The translations under genes and the position numbers were made by a program. From Chloroflexota bacterium (GTDB taxonomy: Bacteria; Chloroflexota; UBA11872), in the NCBI GenBank assembly GCA_022824865.1, contig JAJDZD010000039.1, positions 55,106 to 119,105 of the forward strand: 64,000 nucleotides of DNA, written 5' to 3'. Shown in pieces: positions 59,356 through 64,000 of the stretch; positions within the stretch are counted from its first letter, which is position 1, and every line of letters starts with the position of its first letter. Under the pieces are notes generated by a model. It did no database searches, was not told where the DNA came from, and saw only the letters and a list, made by a program, of their open reading frames with translations.

Positions 59356-60210
59356 TTAGCTGGACGGGGTGGACGCGTCGAAGTACATCTCCACGCCCCA
59401 GGCGTCCGCGTATTCGCCCAGGCCGTAGTCCGCCACCACGTTCAGCTCCCAGGCCCGCAGCGAGGCGTCGCGCTCCCGCTCCACGGCCCAGTCCTTGAAC
59501 ATCACCAGCACCAACGCCTCCTTGGAGAACACCGCGCCCTTGGCGTCGTCGTTGGCGTCCACCGTCAGGTTTCCGGCCTGGAAGATGTCCACCCCGAACG
59601 CGCGCGCCACCCAGTGGTTCTCCAGCACCGTCTGCGAGATGCCGGCCGGCACCGGGTATGTGCCCGTGGGCGAAATGTCCGCCGCCAGGTCGTGTGCCTG
59701 GTACGGGTGCAGCACCGCGTGGAACGGCTGCGGGGCCGGCTCGATTGCTCCATGCAGGCGCGACACCGCGGCACGCAGGTGCCCCATCGTGATGTCCTGG
59801 CCGGCCCCGCCCAGCGACGTGCTGAAGCCGTCCAGCATCCCCAGCAGGTCCGTGTCCAGCTTGCGGGCGATCGCGTCGCCCAGCACCCGCCCGGCCGCCC
59901 GGGCCATGTCTTCCTTGGCCGTGCGCAGCGCGCGGTCGGTCAGCACAATCTGCGCGCCCACCTCGGCGGGCGTGATCGTGACCTTGCTGGTAGTCAGCGT
60001 TTGCGGGTTCGTCATATCCACGCCCTCGGTCAGGGCGCTGGCCGACACCGTGCCGAACTTGGGAATCTCCAGCCGGTCGCCGGCCCCGCGCGGGACCCGA
60101 TAGGTCCGCACCAGCGGTTCCATCACCGTGCGGTGCATCTGCGTGCGGCGGGCTTCGGCAATCACCGTGTCCACCACGTCGTCAATTGAATCAGTCTTCG
60201 TTATCGCCAC
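59356..60210 (-). CDS. HK97-fold / T7-type major capsid protein-like
   Basis: 284 aa. GGAGG lies 7 nt upstream of GTG 60210. KVTITPAEVGAQIVLTDRAL...LGDAIARKLDTDLL and the C-terminal KGAVFSKEALVLVMFKDWAVERERDASLRAWELNVVADYGLG parallel the T7 gp10/HK97-type capsid pattern. There is no delta domain. Confidence 0.65.
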   Translation of the reverse strand: MAITKTDSIDDVVDTVIAEARRTQMHRTVMEPLVRTYRVPRGAGDRLEIPKFGTVSASALTEGVDMTNPQTLTTSKVTITPAEVGAQIVLTDRALRTAKEDMARAAGRVLGDAIARKLDTDLLGMLDGFSTSLGGAGQDITMGHLRAAVSRLHGAIEPAPQPFHAVLHPYQAHDLAADISPTGTYPVPAGISQTVLENHWVARAFGVDIFQAGNLTVDANDDAKGAVFSKEALVLVMFKDWAVERERDASLRAWELNVVADYGLGEYADAWGVEMYFDASTPSS

Positions 60211-60481
60211 TGCGTTGCCTCCGGAGCACCCGCGAATGCGGAGCGCTCGGTATGTCGTGAATTAGTGCGGCGGCGCTCGTGGGCGCCTGCTCGGCAAAGC
60301 CCCGCTTCGCCGGCGCTTGGTCCCGCGGGGCACGCCGGGTCGCCTCCCGGCCCTCAGGGGCGGCGGAATCGCACCCGTCCCGATATCCCATCGGTCGATG
60401 CGAGCGGTCCGCCGCCCCCGTACTCCGCACAAGCGCGCTGGGCGGTGATGACGCCGCCGCTGGGATTCCCGACACGCTCGT

Positions 60482-60517
60482 CCTCGGCGCGCGGCATTCA
60501 GTTGCCGCGCGCCGAGG
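60482..60517. promoter_or_regulatory. Perfect 14-bp inverted repeat / stem-loop in the divergent region upstream of the capsid-like gene
   Basis: cctcggcgcgcggc - attcagtt - gccgcgcgccgagg, with no U tract on either strand. It lies within the ~390-nt untranslated stretch between the candidate promoter and the capsid start. Confidence 0.4.
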
Positions 60518-60615
60518 CCGGGCGTCGGATCATCCAACGCGGGCCGCCACGGCCCCGCTTCGGCTGACCGCCGCTCGTCCGGCTGCATTGATCAGGTCCG
60601 AAGCGCTACATCCCT

Positions 60616-60644
60616 ATTGTATACGATTGGGATACGACGCGCAA
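60616..60644 (-). promoter_or_regulatory. Candidate sigma-70-type promoter for the phage-like operon
   Basis: On the minus strand: TTGCGC (60644..60639), a 17-nt spacer, then TACAAT (60621..60616). It sits in the only AT-richer patch of the intergenic region. Pattern match only. Confidence 0.3.
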
Positions 60645-60763
60645 CCCACACTAGCCGGCCCATCAGCACCGTAACCTTGTCAGCCAGCGCCTTTTGCTCT
60701 TTCCATGCCGGTAGCCTGCGGCTACGATGCTTATGTCTACCGGGTAGTCCATGGAGACGGCGC

Positions 60764-62137
60764 ATGCTGGCTATGCACTCCAGTTTCAGGCAACTCACGG
60801 TCCGCAGACTGTTCGCAGGCGCGGCGCTTGCCACGGCTTTGATGCTGGCGCTTGTGGCCACGCCAGCTTTGGCTCAATGGCCCACCAGCTGTGTGGCACT
60901 AAACGACATCGTCGAGGCCGACCTGGGCAACAGCCAGAACGTCGGCATCTATCAGCGTGTCTTCGGCGACCAGGCCGAGCAGGCTTGCCGGAACGACCAT
61001 CGCAGCGATGTCCAGTCAACCTTCGCTTGGGCGATTCCCACGCCGGCCCCAGCGCCCGCGCCCCAGCCGGCCCCAGCGCCGGCGCCCGCGCAGTTTCCCG
61101 CCTCGCCCCCGATTGGCGAAGTCACGCTTATGGTCGCCTCGCCGTTCATCTTTCAGGATGGAACCATCTGGATTGGTACCTCCGCCGGCGGCGTTCTCCG
61201 ATCCACCAATACGGGCGCCAACTTTCATCAGGTCATCAGCGGGTTACCCAACCTGACCATCAATGCCATCCTGCCGTCGCCGAACCTGCATCTTGACGGC
61301 GTGGTCTTGGCGGCCACGGACGCCGGGCTGGCGCGCTCCACGAACCGCGGTGAGACCTGGACGGCCGTGTCCGGCCTTCCCGCCGGTCGAATCGGCGGGT
61401 TGGCGGCTTCGTCGGCATTCGAGACCAACAGCGCATTCTTTGCGGTTGCCGATGCCGGCGGACTGTTCGAATCCACCGACGGCGGGGCGAACTGGTCGCC
61501 TGTACCCGCTGCGCATGGGTTCGGCTTGGCGCCCGGACGGTACCTCGGATTGGCCGCGGTCGATGGACGCGGAAGCTCCAGGCACGTGTTTGCTTGGACA
61601 TCCACCAGATTGCTCGGCAGCAACAACGATGGCCGAGGCTTCCGATCGCAGATTGGTCCCGGGGCTCTGCCGAATGATCTCAGTATTTCGGCTGTCGCCT
61701 TCCACACCGAGTATCGCAGCAAACCGATCATTTTTGTCGGTTCTGTGCAGCACGGCCTCTACCGCTCGAGGAATAGCGGCCAGGACTTCACGAAGGTGAT
61801 TGAGAACCACAAGGATGAGCTGGGCCGCATCAACACGATCGCCCTCTCGCCCAATATCACCCGTGACGGAACCGTCGCGGTCGGAACCACAAAGAAGGGG
61901 CTCTACATAAGCAGGAAGGTCGTTCGAGTCGGCACCGTCACTGACCCAGGTAACAAGTCGGACTGGAAGCATCGCAGCGTGAACCTGAACATCTCGAAAG
62001 TTCAGGGCATCGCCTTCAGCAACAATTACCTGCGGGATCGGTCGCTCTGGGCCGCTGGCGAGGTCCAGTTCGCGTTTAGCCACTCCGCCGCGGCCGACTG
62101 GTACACCTATCCCAACCCGGTGGGTCCCATCGGCTAG
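60764..62137 (+). CDS. Secreted BNR/Asp-box repeat beta-propeller protein
   Basis: Signal peptide (RRLFAGAALATALMLALVATPALA). A small Cys-containing N-domain is followed by a Pro-Ala linker (61037..61090). Repeated Asp-box-like motifs follow (STNTGANF, STNRGETW, STDGGANW, SNNDGRGF, SRNSGQDF). I chose ATG 60764. Confidence 0.75.
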   Translation: MLAMHSSFRQLTVRRLFAGAALATALMLALVATPALAQWPTSCVALNDIVEADLGNSQNVGIYQRVFGDQAEQACRNDHRSDVQSTFAWAIPTPAPAPAPQPAPAPAPAQFPASPPIGEVTLMVASPFIFQDGTIWIGTSAGGVLRSTNTGANFHQVISGLPNLTINAILPSPNLHLDGVVLAATDAGLARSTNRGETWTAVSGLPAGRIGGLAASSAFETNSAFFAVADAGGLFESTDGGANWSPVPAAHGFGLAPGRYLGLAAVDGRGSSRHVFAWTSTRLLGSNNDGRGFRSQIGPGALPNDLSISAVAFHTEYRSKPIIFVGSVQHGLYRSRNSGQDFTKVIENHKDELGRINTIALSPNITRDGTVAVGTTKKGLYISRKVVRVGTVTDPGNKSDWKHRSVNLNISKVQGIAFSNNYLRDRSLWAAGEVQFAFSHSAAADWYTYPNPVGPIG

Positions 62138-62164
62138 AGCGGTGTAGATGGCCACGCCCTTTGT

Positions 62165-62204
62165 GGGGGGCGACGGGACTATCCGTCGCCCCCCAGGGCT
62201 TTTG
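62165..62204 (+). terminator. Intrinsic terminator after the BNR gene
   Basis: Perfect 12-bp stem (ggggggcgacgg / ccgtcgcccccc) with a 6-nt loop, followed by AGGGCUUUUG. Confidence 0.6.
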
Positions 62205-62291
62205 CAGCACGCACCAAAACCTCGCTCGTAGCTCATCCGCACCGTGGGCTAGGCTCCCACCAGCGCGCCAACGCCTGAGTCTGGAGATGCT

Positions 62292-63752
62292 GTGGAACCC
62301 AAGAACCTCCTGGTTCTCATGTCCGACGAGCACAACCCCCGCATACTGGGCCGCGCCGGACACCCGCTGGTGCAAACCCCCAATCTGGACGCCCTGGCCG
62401 CGGCCGGCACCTCATTCGGCTCCGCCTACTGCAACTCCCCCATCTGCGTCCCCTCGCGCGCCAGCTTCGCCACCGGCCGCTACGTCCATCAGATCCGCGC
62501 CTGGGATAACGCCGCGCCCTACACCGGCAGCGAGGCCTCCGGCTGGGGGCATCGGCTCACAGAGAACGGCCACGCCGTCACCACCATCGGCAAGCTCCAC
62601 CACCGCAACACCACCGACGACATCGGCTTTCCCGACCAGCGCATCCCCATGCACGTCATGCACGGGATCGGGGATGTCTTCGGCTGCATTCGTTCCAACA
62701 TGCCCCAGACCCGCTATCAGCTCGGCCATGTTGACCATGCCGGCGACACCGACTCCGAGTACATCCGCTACGACACCGCCATCGCCGCCGAAGCCGTCCG
62801 CTGGCTCCAGACCGAGGCGCAAACGCACGAGAAACCCTGGTGCCTCTTCGTGTCCTTCACCCTGCCCCACTTTCCATTCGCCGCCCCGGATCACCACCAG
62901 CGCCGCTATCGGATTGACGACATCGACATGCCCATCGCCTGGTCGCCCGATCAGTGGCCCATGCATCCGCCCCTGGCCGCTTTCCGCGAGGCGCGCGTGC
63001 AAACGGCTAAGGACGTTCGCTCGGAAGAGGCCATCCGCCGGGCTCGTCTCGTCTACTACGCCATGTGCTCGTTTGTCGATGAGTTGATCGGAGACGTCCT
63101 CGGCGCTCTCGGCGACGCCGGTCTGGCCAACGACACCCGCATCGTCTACACCAGCGACCACGGCGAAACCCTCGGCGACTACGGCCTCTGGGGCAAGAGC
63201 GTCATGTACGACAGCGCCGCCGCCGTCCCCCTCATCCTGGCCGGGCCCGACGTGCCAGCCGGCCGATCAGTCGACTGCCCCGTATCGCTGGTCGACCTCG
63301 CGCCCACCATCATGGCCGGCACCGGCGTCCAACACGCCGCTGCGGACGCCGACCTGCCAGGCACTGACCTGTGGTCCATGGCCGCAGGCGACGAACCGGC
63401 CGACCGCACCGTCTTCAGCGAATACCACGCCACTGGTTCCGCCTCCGCCACCTACATGCTGCGCGACCGCCGCTGGAAGTACGTGCACTTCGTCGGCCAC
63501 GACCCGCAACTCTTTGACATGCAGACCGATCCCCACGAGCTCACGAACCTGGCGGCCCTGCCGGCCCACCGGCCGCGCGTCGCCGACTTCCAGCGCCGCC
63601 TGACCGCCATCTGCGATCCCGTAGCCACCGACGCGGCCGCGCGGGCCGATCAGCAACGGTGCATCGAAGCCAACGGCGGCGAAGCCGCGATCCTTGCCGC
63701 CGGCCAACAAATCAAATTCACACGCGCGCACGAACAGTTCCGCATCGGGTGA
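62292..63752 (+). CDS. Sulfatase (choline-sulfatase/arylsulfatase family)
   Basis: LLVLMSDEHN and the formylglycine CxPxR motif (SPICVPSRAS). GGAG lies 5 nt upstream of GTG 62292. Confidence 0.9.
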   Translation: MEPKNLLVLMSDEHNPRILGRAGHPLVQTPNLDALAAAGTSFGSAYCNSPICVPSRASFATGRYVHQIRAWDNAAPYTGSEASGWGHRLTENGHAVTTIGKLHHRNTTDDIGFPDQRIPMHVMHGIGDVFGCIRSNMPQTRYQLGHVDHAGDTDSEYIRYDTAIAAEAVRWLQTEAQTHEKPWCLFVSFTLPHFPFAAPDHHQRRYRIDDIDMPIAWSPDQWPMHPPLAAFREARVQTAKDVRSEEAIRRARLVYYAMCSFVDELIGDVLGALGDAGLANDTRIVYTSDHGETLGDYGLWGKSVMYDSAAAVPLILAGPDVPAGRSVDCPVSLVDLAPTIMAGTGVQHAAADADLPGTDLWSMAAGDEPADRTVFSEYHATGSASATYMLRDRRWKYVHFVGHDPQLFDMQTDPHELTNLAALPAHRPRVADFQRRLTAICDPVATDAAARADQQRCIEANGGEAAILAAGQQIKFTRAHEQFRIG

Positions 63753-63825
63753 CCCCGCGGCCGACCAGCGCGCGCCATCTGCCAGTACGCTGGAGCCCGA
63801 GCCAACGCAAGCCCCGGGAGCAGCT

Positions 63826-64000
63826 ATGCCCATTCGAGGCGTCGATTTCATCTATTACCCCGTCACGAACATGGAGCGGGCCGTGCCCTTTTATCGCGAC
63901 GTGCTGGAGCTAGAGCCGGGGGAGGCGTACGGCGATCAATGGGTCGAGTTCAGCGCCGGCGGCGTCACCGTCGCCCTGGACGGATCGCAGGAAATGCCGG
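63826..64000 (+). CDS. VOC/glyoxalase-family protein (5' part; runs off the window end)
   Basis: MPIRGVDFIYYPVTNMERAVPFYRDVLELE is a typical glyoxalase/bleomycin-resistance fold N-terminus. GGGAG lies upstream of the ATG. Confidence 0.7.
   Translation, partial: MPIRGVDFIYYPVTNMERAVPFYRDVLELEPGEAYGDQWVEFSAGGVTVALDGSQEMP

Larger units (their letters stand above)
54056..60210 (-). mobile_element. Podovirus-like structural gene module (prophage remnant or domesticated phage-derived operon), six genes
   Basis: Contains a capsid-like gene, an 84-aa ORF, a 407-aa gene, a 792-aa gene, a fibre-like gene and a single-TM gene. All are on one strand with strong SD sites and stop/start overlaps. No packaging, integration or lysis enzymes are seen. 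Confidence 0.5.

Noticed and set aside
59356-60210. Encapsulin (nanocompartment shell) interpretation of the capsid-like gene
   Set aside because: Its size (284 aa, no delta domain, no portal) made this attractive. However, the C-terminal pattern resembles T7/HK97 phage capsids rather than the encapsulin sequences I recall. No cargo-like gene with a targeting peptide is adjacent. The gene heads an operon with fibre-like proteins. I keep it only as an alternative to test.
60262-60588. 108-aa extremely Arg-rich minus-strand ORF upstream of the capsid-like gene (and overlapping ORFs 60191..60475, 60265..60567, 60279..60674)
   Set aside because: They have no SD and composition typical of random frames in GC-rich DNA, and all four frames are open simultaneously. 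I treat the region as non-coding leader, although a basic phage-type protein cannot be strictly excluded.
61037-61090. Repetitive ccg/gcc-rich DNA (PAPAPAPQPAPAPAPA)
   Set aside because: It is an in-frame Pro-Ala linker inside the secreted BNR protein, not a CRISPR array or non-coding tandem repeat.

Overview
This is a visibly high-GC bacterial chromosomal window (GC not computed). The lineage is probably Chloroflexota-like, because it encodes a giant GT39 + YYY-domain (DUF2298) membrane protein. I saw no rRNA, tRNA, CRISPR array, IS element or integrase.

Most of the window is ordinary, densely packed cellular genes:
- Transport and redox: a MarR-controlled heterodimeric ABC exporter pair, an ABC-2 transporter and amt.
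- Housekeeping: mutS2, rsfS-nadD, birA, pgk-gap, yvcK and tsaC.
- Isoprenoid and hopanoid: a hopanoid supercluster (hpnC-hpnD-hpnE-shc ... hpnH, then dxs and a polyprenyl synthase).

Features that stand out:
1. A compact six-gene operon of phage structural genes (60210->54056, minus strand). Its gene order resembles the T7-like order capsid, tail-tubular, fibre, holin. No portal, scaffold, terminase, lysin or integrase is visible in the window.
2. Directly downstream, two tandem paralogous membrane proteins (51040-53869). They are built from a repeated 4-Cys WCW ectodomain and a repeated TM-hairpin module that I do not recognise.
3. A thioredoxin-fold gene (4038-4526) with an in-frame TGA exactly at the first position of a W-x-P-N-C redox motif. 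A selB gene lies in the same window, so this is a likely UxxC selenoprotein.
4. A His-Asp / partner-switching operon (49478->42590). It has three paralogous STAS domains, two near-duplicate receiver domains, a PP2C phosphatase, an RsbW-like kinase, an orphan solute-binding protein and a histidine kinase, but no sigma factor.
5. Two toxin-antitoxin pairs (higBA-like, mazEF) wedged between shc and hpnH.

Many long ORFs in the track are antisense shadow ORFs typical of high-GC DNA and are rejected.
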